Part shown: one piece after another, positions 19,235 through 28,232 of the stretch
Position numbering within the stretch: the stretch's first letter is position 1
Layout of the letters: each line of letters opens with the position of its first letter
Assembly: GCA_023396915.1 (NCBI GenBank)
Contig: JAEWUV010000002.1
Location: 3,171 to 67,170 of the forward strand
Direction: 5' to 3'
Source of the DNA: Candidatus Parcubacteria bacterium
Lineage (GTDB): Bacteria; Patescibacteriota; Microgenomatia; UBA12405
DNA length: 64,000 nt
Made by a program: the position numbers and the translations under genes
The notes under the pieces: generated by a model
Told to the model about the DNA's origin: nothing
Databases searched by the model: none
The model's input: the letters and a program-made list of their open reading frames with translations, nothing else

Positions 19235-19867
19235 TTATTTGAGCTGAGAAATAGCTTTTTTGCTAAAAATTAAATAATTTTGCTTGGATAAATTATAGAT
19301 ATTCAAGGAATGTAAACTTAAAAGATTAACATCTTTTAAGTTCCCAAACGACCGTTTTACAGGGGTAACAGATTTTTGAGTGATAATCCCTATTTTACGG
19401 CTTTTTGATAATACTTCATCCTTGCCTTTAAGTCCAGTAATTAATTTAACAGCATTTTTAGTTTTAGGTTCTAATTTAGAAAAATTATCGATGATTAAAA
19501 TTCTTTTATCTTTGGCAAATTTAGTAAGTAAGCCTAAAAGGGCTTTTTTCTTCATATTTTTACTAATGTTTAGGGTGTAATTTTGATTACCATCAGGACC
19601 TAGAGCACTACCACCACCTCTAAATATAGGAGCGGTTCGGTTACCATGACGGGCATTACCGGTTCCTTTTTGAGCCCAAACCTTTTTACGAGTACCAGCA
19701 ACATCAGAACGAGTCTTAGTTTTAGCGTAAGATGATCTTTTATTGGCTAAAACAACTCTGATAGATTGAGCGATTAAAGCATCAGAAACTTTGGTTTCAA
19801 AAACTTCTTTGGAAAGAGTTAATTCGCCAACTTTTTCAGCCTTAAGGTTATAAATTTGAGCTTTCAT
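19235..19867 (-). CDS. rplD: 50S ribosomal protein L4
   Basis: Start trimmed to MKAQIYNL..., just after the rplC stop. Confidence 0.9.
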   Translation of the reverse strand: MKAQIYNLKAEKVGELTLSKEVFETKVSDALIAQSIRVVLANKRSSYAKTKTRSDVAGTRKKVWAQKGTGNARHGNRTAPIFRGGGSALGPDGNQNYTLNISKNMKKKALLGLLTKFAKDKRILIIDNFSKLEPKTKNAVKLITGLKGKDEVLSKSRKIGIITQKSVTPVKRSFGNLKDVNLLSLHSLNIYNLSKQNYLIFSKKAISQLK

Positions 19868-19868
19868 A

Positions 19869-20486
19869 TTATTTTTTTTCAAGGATAACCCAAGAATTGA
19901 GACTTCCCGGTAATGAACCTCTAATTAATATCTCTTTTTTCTCCGAATCAATAGAAAAAACTTCTAATCCGGAAACGGTAATTTTTTGAACTCCGTAGTG
20001 ACCCGGCATTTTTTTACCTTTAACAACTTTACTTGGAGTTTGAGCTCCGATAGAACCAGGGTGACGAACATAATTAGAAGCACCTAAAAGAGGTTGTTTT
20101 TTGAAACCATGACGTTTGATGACACCAGCAAAACCACGTCCTTTAGAAATTCCAGTAACGTTAATTTTATCTCCGGCATTTAGGACTGATTCGATAGTAA
20201 TATCAGAACCAATTTCGGGGGCTTGGTCAGAGGTGAGTTTAAATTCTTTGAAATATTGAGGTTTAATATCTAACTTAAGTTTTGATAATTTAGTTGAGAT
20301 AGCTTTGTTAAGACGTTTTTTAAGACCGTAAGCTATCTGAATAGATTCGTAACCATCTTTATCTTTGTTTTTTATCTGAGTAACTTTGAGTGGCGCGGCA
20401 ACACATCTGGTAACGGCAATGCGATTACCTTCTGGGGTATAGACGCTGGTCATTTGACCTTTTTTGACTAAAAATCCTGAAATCAT
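19869..20486 (-). CDS. rplC: 50S ribosomal protein L3
   Basis: 205 aa; GKGFAGVIKRHGF. Confidence 0.95.
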   Translation of the reverse strand: MISGFLVKKGQMTSVYTPEGNRIAVTRCVAAPLKVTQIKNKDKDGYESIQIAYGLKKRLNKAISTKLSKLKLDIKPQYFKEFKLTSDQAPEIGSDITIESVLNAGDKINVTGISKGRGFAGVIKRHGFKKQPLLGASNYVRHPGSIGAQTPSKVVKGKKMPGHYGVQKITVSGLEVFSIDSEKKEILIRGSLPGSLNSWVILEKK

Positions 20487-20494
20487 AGTTATGG

Positions 20495-20806
20495 TTACAT
20501 TTTTACTTCGACTTCTACTCCGGATGGTAAATCCAAATGCTGAAGACTATCAACAGTACGAAGACTAGTATTAGAAATATCGATAAGACGCTTGTGGGTA
20601 CGAACTTCAAAGTGTTCGCGAGCGTTCTTGTCGGTATGAGGACTAGTTAAAACAGTAATGGTTTTTTTTGTAGTAGGAAGAGGAATAGGACCCTCAACTT
20701 GGGCGCCAGCAGTAACCGCGGCTTCAACAATTTTGATAGCGGCTTCATCGATAATTCGATGGTCAAAAGATTTTAGTCTGATTCTGATACGGCTACCTTT
20801 TGGCAT
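20495..20806 (-). CDS. rpsJ: 30S ribosomal protein S10
   Basis: 103 aa; [16 protein letters not shown]. Confidence 0.95.
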   Translation of the reverse strand: MPKGSRIRIRLKSFDHRIIDEAAIKIVEAAVTAGAQVEGPIPLPTTKKTITVLTSPHTDKNAREHFEVRTHKRLIDISNTSLRTVDSLQHLDLPSGVEVEVKM

Positions 20807-20843
20807 ATTTTTTTTAATTTAATTTTTTAACTTTGACTTCAGA

Positions 20844-20871
20844 AATCTGCCTGCCAGTCGGCAGGCAGATT
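20844..20871 (-). promoter_or_regulatory. Perfect 12-bp stem-loop between tuf and rpsJ (attenuator, processing site or weak terminator)
   Basis: AATCTGCCTGCC-agtc-GGCAGGCAGATT; no clean U-tract on the minus transcript. Confidence 0.4.
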
Positions 20872-20892
20872 GTAAAGTTTCTAATTTACAAA

Positions 20893-22065
20893 TTATTTAA
20901 TAATTTTGGTAATAGCACCGGCACCAACAGTCAAACCACCTTCACGAATAGCGAAGCGTTGACCTTCTTGCATAGCAACCGGTTTAATTAATTTAACAGT
21001 AACATTGGCATTATCGCCAGGCATAATCATTTCAGTACCTTCGGCAAGGGCAATATCGCCAGTAACGTCAGTGGTACGAATGAAAACCTGAGGTCTGTAG
21101 CCAGAAAAGATTGGGGTATGACGACCGCCTTCTTCTTTTTTGAGTAACATGACTTGGGCTTCAAATTCGGTATGAGGAGTGATGGTTCCTGGTTTAGCAA
21201 GAACTTGTCCCCTTTCAATATCGTCTTTTTCAACACCACGAAGTAATAAACCGACATTGTCACCAGCTTGACCTTGATCAAGTTGTTTATGGAACATTTC
21301 TACTCCAGTAACAACGGCTTTTTTGGTATCACGAAGACCAACAATTTCAACTTCGTCATTAACTTTAACGATACCGGTATCAATTCTACCGGTAGCGACT
21401 GTACCGCGACCTTTGATAGAGAAAACGTCTTCGATAGCCATTAAGAATGGTTTATCGAGTTCACGAACAGGTTCAGGAATGTAGGTGTCTAAGGCTTCCA
21501 TTAATTTTTTAATGGATTCAACACCGTCAGCATCACCGTTAAGAGCTTTTAAGGCAGAACCTCTGATAATAGGAGTTTCATCACCCGGGAAACCGTATTT
21601 AGTTAATAAATCGCGGATTTCCATTTCAACTAAGTCTAGGAATTCTGGATCTTCAACTAAATCACATTTATTTAAATAGACAACCAATTTAGGAACGTTA
21701 ACTTGTTTGGCTAACAAAACGTGCTCACGGGTCTGAGGCATAGGACCATCTGGTGCAGAAACGACTAGAATAGCACCATCCATTTGAGCGGCACCGGTAA
21801 TCATGTTTTTGACATAATCGGCGTGTCCAGGACAATCAATGTGAGCATAGTGTCTCTTGTCGGTTTCGTATTCGATGTGAGAGATAGCAATAGTAACGAT
21901 TTTGGAAGCATCACGGACAGTACCGCCCTTGGCGATATCAGCGTAAGATTTTGCACTTCCTTGAATTTTTGAAATAGCGGCGGTCAAGGTAGTTTTACCA
22001 TGATCGACGTGACCAATAGTACCAACGTTAACGTGTGGCTTAGTTCTTTGAAAAGTATCTGCCAT
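20893..22065 (-). CDS. tuf: Elongation factor Tu
   Basis: 390 aa; [22 protein letters not shown]. Confidence 0.97.
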   Translation of the reverse strand: MADTFQRTKPHVNVGTIGHVDHGKTTLTAAISKIQGSAKSYADIAKGGTVRDASKIVTIAISHIEYETDKRHYAHIDCPGHADYVKNMITGAAQMDGAILVVSAPDGPMPQTREHVLLAKQVNVPKLVVYLNKCDLVEDPEFLDLVEMEIRDLLTKYGFPGDETPIIRGSALKALNGDADGVESIKKLMEALDTYIPEPVRELDKPFLMAIEDVFSIKGRGTVATGRIDTGIVKVNDEVEIVGLRDTKKAVVTGVEMFHKQLDQGQAGDNVGLLLRGVEKDDIERGQVLAKPGTITPHTEFEAQVMLLKKEEGGRHTPIFSGYRPQVFIRTTDVTGDIALAEGTEMIMPGDNANVTVKLIKPVAMQEGQRFAIREGGLTVGAGAITKIIK

Positions 22066-22148
22066 ATTTTCTCCTTTTGTTTTTATTTTTTTGTCTTGTT
22101 TAAGACTAAATATCTAACTAATAATATTTTAGCTTAAAATACTTTTGA

Positions 22149-22177
22149 ATTGTATCAACAAGTAAATAGCTTTGCAA
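22149..22177 (-). promoter_or_regulatory. Candidate sigma-70 promoter for tuf
   Basis: On the minus strand: TTGCAA, 17-nt spacer, TACAAT, about 80 nt upstream of the tuf ATG. Confidence 0.4.
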
Positions 22178-22279
22178 TGGGTTTAAAAGAAATTAAACCC
22201 GCAAAAATGCGGTAGAGGAATTATACCGGTTTTGAGGAAAAAATGTTAGAGGAAAATAAAGTAAATTTAAATAAAAAAA

Positions 22280-22302
22280 ATACCCCCTATAACAGGGGGT
22301 AT
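22280..22302 (-). terminator. Rho-independent terminator immediately after fusA
   Basis: ATACCCCCT-ataac-AGGGGGTAT hairpin preceded on plus by A8, giving U8 after the hairpin on the minus transcript. Confidence 0.65.
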
Positions 22303-22320
22303 TGCAGAACAAAATAAATT

Positions 22321-24435
22321 TTACTTTTCGCTGGGTCTGGTTAGAGCGGCAGTAAGTTTTTCCTGAATATCACGTGGAACAGGGTCGTAATGGCTTGGTT
22401 CCATATAAAATGAACCGCGACCTTGGGTTAAACTGCGGATAGTAGTGGCGTATCCTTGGACAGCTTCAAGAGGAATAAAAGCGTGAATGGTGGTAAAACC
22501 ATGGCTGTCTTCAGTGCCATTGATTTGACCACGACGGGCAGAAAGATCACCTATAACTGTTCCTAGAAATTCTGATGGAGTAGCCACTTCAAATTTCATA
22601 ATAGGCTCTAGGACTAGAGGTTTGGCCGCCTGGAAAGCATCTTTGATAGCGTAAGAACCGGCAATTTTAAAGGCCATTTCAGAAGAATCAACTTCGTGGT
22701 AAGTACCGTCATAAACACTAACTTTTAGGTCGGTACAAGGATAACCAGCAACGATACCTTTTTGAAGGGTTTCTTTAATACCTTTTTCGATAGCCGGAAT
22801 GAAACCAGCAGGGATAGCACCGCCTTTGACAGCGTTGACAAATTCATAACCTTCTCCCCTATTTTTAGGTTCAATTCTAATTTTACAATGACCATATTGA
22901 CCATGACCACCGGATTGGTGAATATATTTACCTTCACCTTCGGAATTAGCAGAAATAGTCTCACGGTAAGCCACTTGAGGTGAACCGGTTTTAACGCCGA
23001 CATTAAATTCACGTTTAAGACGATCAACAATGATTTCCAAATAAAGTTCACCCATACCAGCAATAGTGGTTTGTCCGGTTTCTTGGTTATAAGAAACTTT
23101 AAAAGTCGGGTCTTCAACTGCTAAACGATTTAAAGCCGCTCCCATTTTTTCTTGGTCATCGGCAGTAAGAGGTTCAATTGAAAGGGAAATAACTGGATCA
23201 GAAAATTGAATCGGGGAAAGAGAAATTAAATGGTTTGAATCACAAAGAGTATCGCCAGTGGTAGATTCTTTTAGACCGATACAGGCAACTATTTCTCCGG
23301 CAAAGCCCTCTTCAATACCTTCACGTTTATCAGCATGCATTAAAAGTAAACGACCAATACGCTCAGATTTCTTTTTGGTAACGTTGTAGACCTCAGAACC
23401 GGCTTTAAGAGTTCCCGAATAAACCCGAACATAAGATAAGGTTCCCACATGAGGATCAGACTGGACCTTGAAAAGTAATGCTGAGAGAGGTTCAGTTTTT
23501 TCCGGTTTTCTGGTTAAAACTTCATTAGTTTCTGGGTCAAAACCTTCAACTGGTGGCAGGTCGATGGGAGAGGGTAAATAATCGACTATACCGTCAAGAA
23601 TAGGATGGATACCTTTGTTTCTCCAAGCAGCGCCACAATAAATTGGGAACAATTTCCTATCAATAGTAGCTTTTCTTAGAGCGGCTTTTAATTCTGGGGT
23701 GGAAATTTCCTCATCATTTAGAAATTTTTCCATTAGAACCTCGTCTTCACTGGCAATTTTTTCTATCATTTCAGCACGAGCTTTGAGAGCTTTTTCTTTG
23801 AACTCTTCAGTAACTGGTTTTCTGGTAAATTCCATACCTTCTTCGTCTTTGTCATAAACAATCATTTCCATATTCATTAAATCAACCACACCCATAAAAT
23901 CATGTTCTTCACCAATTGGGATAACAACAGGAACTACTGGAGCATGTAATTTATCATGAATACTTTGAAGAGTACCAGCAAAAGAAGCACCGATTTTATC
24001 CATTTTGTTGACAAAAGCGATTCGTGGTACGCCATATTTATCAGCCTGACGCCAAACAGTTTCAGATTGGGCTTGAACTCCGGCATTACCATCAAAAATC
24101 ATGATGGCACCATCAAGTACACGAAGAGAACGTTCAACTTCGGCAGTAAAATCAACATGACCCGGAGTATCAATAATATTCAAACGGTATTCATGCCAAA
24201 ATGTGGTAATACAAGCCGACTGAATAGTGATACCTCGTTCTTTTTCTTGAACCATTGAGTCAGTAGTAGTAGTTCCCTCATCAACTGAACCAATTTTGTG
24301 AATTTTTCCGGTGTAAAAAAGAATACGCTCGGTAGTAGTGGTTTTTCCACCATCAATGTGGGCGATAATACCAATATTACGGACTTTTTCCATAGGAAGG
24401 TCGCGATTTTTGGTGAGTTTAATTTGGTCAGCCAT
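22321..24435 (-). CDS. fusA: Elongation factor G
   Basis: 704 aa; AHIDGGKTT, DTPGHVDF. Confidence 0.97.
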   Translation of the reverse strand: MADQIKLTKNRDLPMEKVRNIGIIAHIDGGKTTTTERILFYTGKIHKIGSVDEGTTTTDSMVQEKERGITIQSACITTFWHEYRLNIIDTPGHVDFTAEVERSLRVLDGAIMIFDGNAGVQAQSETVWRQADKYGVPRIAFVNKMDKIGASFAGTLQSIHDKLHAPVVPVVIPIGEEHDFMGVVDLMNMEMIVYDKDEEGMEFTRKPVTEEFKEKALKARAEMIEKIASEDEVLMEKFLNDEEISTPELKAALRKATIDRKLFPIYCGAAWRNKGIHPILDGIVDYLPSPIDLPPVEGFDPETNEVLTRKPEKTEPLSALLFKVQSDPHVGTLSYVRVYSGTLKAGSEVYNVTKKKSERIGRLLLMHADKREGIEEGFAGEIVACIGLKESTTGDTLCDSNHLISLSPIQFSDPVISLSIEPLTADDQEKMGAALNRLAVEDPTFKVSYNQETGQTTIAGMGELYLEIIVDRLKREFNVGVKTGSPQVAYRETISANSEGEGKYIHQSGGHGQYGHCKIRIEPKNRGEGYEFVNAVKGGAIPAGFIPAIEKGIKETLQKGIVAGYPCTDLKVSVYDGTYHEVDSSEMAFKIAGSYAIKDAFQAAKPLVLEPIMKFEVATPSEFLGTVIGDLSARRGQINGTEDSHGFTTIHAFIPLEAVQGYATTIRSLTQGRGSFYMEPSHYDPVPRDIQEKLTAALTRPSEK

Positions 24436-24442
24436 ATTTAGT

Positions 24443-24473
24443 TTTTCAGTCTATCAGATTTTCAGTCTGTCAG
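24443..24473. repeat. Tandem 16-nt direct repeat (TTTTCAGTCT[A/G]TCAG, two copies) immediately 5' of the fusA start codon
   Basis: Read directly: ttttcagtctatcag-a-ttttcagtctgtcag, ending 8 nt from the fusA ATG on the opposite strand. Confidence 0.5.
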
Positions 24474-24552
24474 TTTATTAAATTTGATAATTAAAAACTG
24501 CTGCGTTCAAGCAACAGCGGATGGGATTATGATACCATAGGAAAAGATTAAT

Positions 24553-25740
24553 ATGAATAGACGAAAAATTGCAATTATTGGCGGAGGATTGGGTGGACTG
24601 GTAACAGGATATTGGTTGTCAAAGAAAGGTGATGAGATAACTATTTTTGAAAAAGAGAATTTTTGGGGAGGTTTGGCAAGTGGGTTTGAAATTGAAGGAA
24701 CGATTTTAGATAAAAGCTATCGTCATATATTTAAAACCGATACAGATTTAATTGCTTTGATTAAAGAATTAGATTTGCAAAGCAGACTTAAGTGGTATAA
24801 AAGTTCGACAGGTTTGTTTTGGAAAGGAAAGATTTATCCATTTTTAACAGCAATGGATTTATTGAAATTTAAACCCCTTAATTTAATAGATAAATTTAGA
24901 ATGGGAATGATAGCTTTGTGGCTAAAATACGACAAAAATTGGCAAAAATATGAAAAAATCTTGGCTTACGAATGGATGAATAAGTGGGTAGGGGAAAGAG
25001 CTTATAAAGTTGTTTGGGAACCTTTGTTAAAAGGAAAATTTGATGATGTTTATAGAAAAATTTCGATGGCTTGGCTGTGGGCGAGGATTCACACTAGAGG
25101 AAATTCGGTAAATGAAAAAGGTGAAGAAATTTTAGGTTATCTTGATGGAGGATTTCAAATTTTAGTGGATAAATTGGTGGAAAAAATTAGAAAGAATGGT
25201 GGAATTTTAAAATTAAAAACCGGGGTTAATCGTTTGAAAAAACTAAGAAAAGAATTTGATTTGATTATAGATACTAGACCAAGTAAAAAAATAGACTATT
25301 TAGGCATGATTAGCTTGGTTTTTAGTTCAAACCAAGATTTGGGGGAATATTACTGGAATAATATAAACGATACCAAGTCCCCTTTTGTCGCTTTATTACA
25401 GCATACAAAGTTAGTAGGTAAAGAAAAATATAATAATAAAAATATCTATTATTTAGGAAAATATGTCTCGCAAAAAAATAAATATTTTAAGATGAGCGAT
25501 GAAAAAATTAAAAGCGAATGGTTTAAATATTTAAAGAATATCTTTCCGCAATTTGACATGAAAAAAGTTAGGGAAGTTAAAATCTTTAAATCAAAAGTAG
25601 CCCAACACATAGTTGGATTGAATTACAAAGTTCCTAAACATTGGATTAATAAAAAGACTTATCGAATGAATTTTGCTCAAATTTATCCGCAAGACAGAGG
25701 AATGAATTATGCGATAAAAGAGGTAAAAAAAATTACTTAA
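24553..25740 (+). CDS. FAD/NAD(P)-binding oxidoreductase with a protoporphyrinogen-oxidase/amine-oxidase-like fold
   Basis: N-terminal Rossmann IAIIGGGLGGLVTGYWL...IFEKENFWGG. Any sugar-related role is suggested only by the adjacent rfb genes. Confidence 0.55.
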   Translation: MNRRKIAIIGGGLGGLVTGYWLSKKGDEITIFEKENFWGGLASGFEIEGTILDKSYRHIFKTDTDLIALIKELDLQSRLKWYKSSTGLFWKGKIYPFLTAMDLLKFKPLNLIDKFRMGMIALWLKYDKNWQKYEKILAYEWMNKWVGERAYKVVWEPLLKGKFDDVYRKISMAWLWARIHTRGNSVNEKGEEILGYLDGGFQILVDKLVEKIRKNGGILKLKTGVNRLKKLRKEFDLIIDTRPSKKIDYLGMISLVFSSNQDLGEYYWNNINDTKSPFVALLQHTKLVGKEKYNNKNIYYLGKYVSQKNKYFKMSDEKIKSEWFKYLKNIFPQFDMKKVREVKIFKSKVAQHIVGLNYKVPKHWINKKTYRMNFAQIYPQDRGMNYAIKEVKKIT

Positions 25741-26627
25741 AGAGATAGCTGTTTTTTGATTTCAACTAGGCCTTCTTTTAGGGTTTTCATATTAATGCCT
25801 AAATTAGTGGCTTTTTGGTTGGAAGTGATAAGAGTTTTTTGCCAAGGACGAGAACCTTCCGGTTGAGATTTAATATATTCTGCTAAACTGGATGCTTGGA
25901 CTAAACTTTCGTCAAGACCAAAAGTTTGAGCAACAAGCTTGGCCATTTCAAAAGGAGAATGAGATGAAGAGCCAACCAAATGATAAATACCACTGTATTT
26001 ATTTTCAAAAAATTTATCCAAAGCGTAGGCAATATCATCAATAAAAGTGTAAGTACAGATTTGATCAGAGAACATTTTGACGACCTCGCCGTTTTGAAGT
26101 TTAGTTAAAACCTTTTTGATAATATCCGGTTTGATTTCAAAATTAGCCCGATAAGGGTAAGTAATACGAACAATGGCTGAATTATATCCAGATTCGGTAA
26201 TTACTTTTTCGCCTAAGTATTTAGTTTCACCATACCATTCAATCGGACTGGGTTCGTTGTTTTCTGTATAAGGAGTAGTTTTGGTACCATCAAAGACAAA
26301 ATCAGTGGAAATATAGATTAAATATTGATTATATTTTTTGACTAAGTCTAAAATGTTTCGAGTGCCCTCGACATTGAGTTGATAACAAATGCTAGATTTA
26401 TCCCCTCTTTGTTCCCAAGCAGCATTGGTGTCAGTAAAAGCGGCCATGTGTAAAACAGCAACAGCATCTTGGTGTTTTTCAAAGGCAGCCGCCAGATTAT
26501 CTTTGTCCAGAATAGAAACTCCGGTGTCCAGTGAAAAATCGACAAACTCATATTTATCTTTTAAGAGTTCAACTATTCGAGAGCCGACTAAACCGGAAAG
26601 ACCTGTACCAATAATCTTAGGTTTCAT
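25737..26627 (-). CDS. rfbD: dTDP-4-dehydrorhamnose reductase
   Basis: 296 aa; IGTGLSGLVGSRI Rossmann; RmlD-like length and order after rfbC. Confidence 0.8.
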   Translation of the reverse strand: MKPKIIGTGLSGLVGSRIVELLKDKYEFVDFSLDTGVSILDKDNLAAAFEKHQDAVAVLHMAAFTDTNAAWEQRGDKSSICYQLNVEGTRNILDLVKKYNQYLIYISTDFVFDGTKTTPYTENNEPSPIEWYGETKYLGEKVITESGYNSAIVRITYPYRANFEIKPDIIKKVLTKLQNGEVVKMFSDQICTYTFIDDIAYALDKFFENKYSGIYHLVGSSSHSPFEMAKLVAQTFGLDESLVQASSLAEYIKSQPEGSRPWQKTLITSNQKATNLGINMKTLKEGLVEIKKQLSL

Positions 26628-26630
26628 AAA

Positions 26631-27191
26631 TTACCACTCAAGTTTCATTAACTCTTCTTTGGCTTGGGAAAGAGTCGGCCAAAGTTTATCTTTTTCAGAA
26701 AGAATAGGTTTACCGTCGGTGTACCAGGTGATATTCAAATTTGGATCGTTCCACAAAAGACCGCCTTCTGACTCTTTATTGTAATAATTACTACACTTGT
26801 ATTCAAAATCGACCGTTTCACTAATAACATAAAAACCATGGGCAAATCCCTCAGGTATAAAAAACATCTTTTTGTTAGCGGCGGAAAGATGAGCTGATTC
26901 ATATTGCCCAAAAGTAGGGGAATTAGGACGAATGTCAACAGCCACATCAACAACTTCACCTTGGGTAACTCTGATTAATTTGGCTTGAGCGAAAGGAGGT
27001 TTTTGGAAATGAAGACCACGTAAAACTCCGATAGAAGAACGAGAATGATTATCTTGGACAAAATCAACGTCAACACCATTCTCGGCAAAAACTTTTTTGG
27101 AGTAGGTTTCCATAAAAAAACCACGATCATCAGAAAAAACCTGAGGTTCAATAGTGACGATGCCTTCTATTTTACTTTTTATAAAATTCAT
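26631..27191 (-). CDS. rfbC: dTDP-4-dehydrorhamnose 3,5-epimerase
   Basis: 186 aa cupin; DDRGFFMETY, RGLHFQ, FIPEGFAHGF. Confidence 0.9.
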   Translation of the reverse strand: MNFIKSKIEGIVTIEPQVFSDDRGFFMETYSKKVFAENGVDVDFVQDNHSRSSIGVLRGLHFQKPPFAQAKLIRVTQGEVVDVAVDIRPNSPTFGQYESAHLSAANKKMFFIPEGFAHGFYVISETVDFEYKCSNYYNKESEGGLLWNDPNLNITWYTDGKPILSEKDKLWPTLSQAKEELMKLEW

Positions 27192-28195
27192 TATCTCTCC
27201 TTATTTAATTTTTTATAAAATTCTTCAGCTTCGGCTTTGGTTTCTTGCCACCACTGACTATTGTTAGTATACCAATCAATTGTTTGTTTTAGACCAGATT
27301 CTAGATTATATTTTGGTTCCCAACCGAGATCTTTTCCGATTTTATCCCAATTTACAGCATAGTTGTCATGAGCCGGACGATCATCGACATATTCAATAAA
27401 TGATTCATCTTTATTCATAAGTTTAAGAATCAGCTTAACCAATTCGATATTTGAAGTACCTTTTTTAAGACCCCCAATACAATAAGTCTCCCCTATCTTG
27501 CCATTTAATAAAATTAATTCTATAGCACGACAATGATCTTCGACATGAAGCCAGTCGCGAAAATTTAATCCCTGACCATAAACTTTTATTTTTTGATTGG
27601 TTAAGAGGTTAGTGATAGATCTGGGAATCATTTTTTCAGGATGCTGATAAGGACCATAGTTGTTAGAACAATTACTGATAGTGACAGCTAACCCAAAGGT
27701 TTTATAAAAAGATCTAACTAAATGATCAGAAGAGGCTTTAGAAGCAGAATAAGGACTGGAAGGGTCGTAAGGGGTAGATTCGCCAAATTGCTTGTCTGAA
27801 TTGAAAGGAATGGAACCGAAAACTTCGTCAGTAGAAATATGGTGGAATCTTTTGTTGTATTTTTTGGCGGCCATTAAAAGATTGTAAGTACCTAAAACAT
27901 TGGTACGAACGAAAAGTGATGGATCGTCAATTGATCGGTCAACATGAGACTCGGCGGCAAAATGAACAATAGCATCAACTTGAGAAACTAATTCATCAAC
28001 AATTTTCTCGTCTAAAATATCACCTTTGACAAATTGATAATTTGACTTTCCCTCAAATTCGGTTAAATTACGCGGATTGGCGGCATAAGTCATCTTGTCG
28101 AGATTAATAATCGAATCATTGGGATGATTAGTAAACCAAAGCTTTATAAAATTACTACCAATAAAACCTGAACCACCAGTGACTAAAAGTTTCAT
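27191..28195 (-). CDS. rfbB: dTDP-glucose 4,6-dehydratase
   Basis: 334 aa; VTGGSGFIGSNF, YSASKASSD catalytic YxxxK. Confidence 0.9.
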   Translation of the reverse strand: MKLLVTGGSGFIGSNFIKLWFTNHPNDSIINLDKMTYAANPRNLTEFEGKSNYQFVKGDILDEKIVDELVSQVDAIVHFAAESHVDRSIDDPSLFVRTNVLGTYNLLMAAKKYNKRFHHISTDEVFGSIPFNSDKQFGESTPYDPSSPYSASKASSDHLVRSFYKTFGLAVTISNCSNNYGPYQHPEKMIPRSITNLLTNQKIKVYGQGLNFRDWLHVEDHCRAIELILLNGKIGETYCIGGLKKGTSNIELVKLILKLMNKDESFIEYVDDRPAHDNYAVNWDKIGKDLGWEPKYNLESGLKQTIDWYTNNSQWWQETKAEAEEFYKKLNKER

Positions 28196-28232
28196 ACAGA
28201 TTTATTATATCTAATCAAGGAATCTTTAGCTA

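Noticed and set aside
21027-21281. Antisense or overlapping ORFs inside tuf, rpoB, rpoC, fusA, recA, ftsK, alaS and others listed in the ORF track
   Set aside because: They are embedded opposite or out of frame within highly conserved genes, with biased low-complexity translations. They are treated as non-coding.
22180-22260. Second TATAAT plus small hairpin (CCGCAAAAATGCGG) in the fusA-tuf spacer as a possible sRNA
   Set aside because: There is no convincing -35 or terminator combination. It is more simply part of the tuf 5' region; left unscored.
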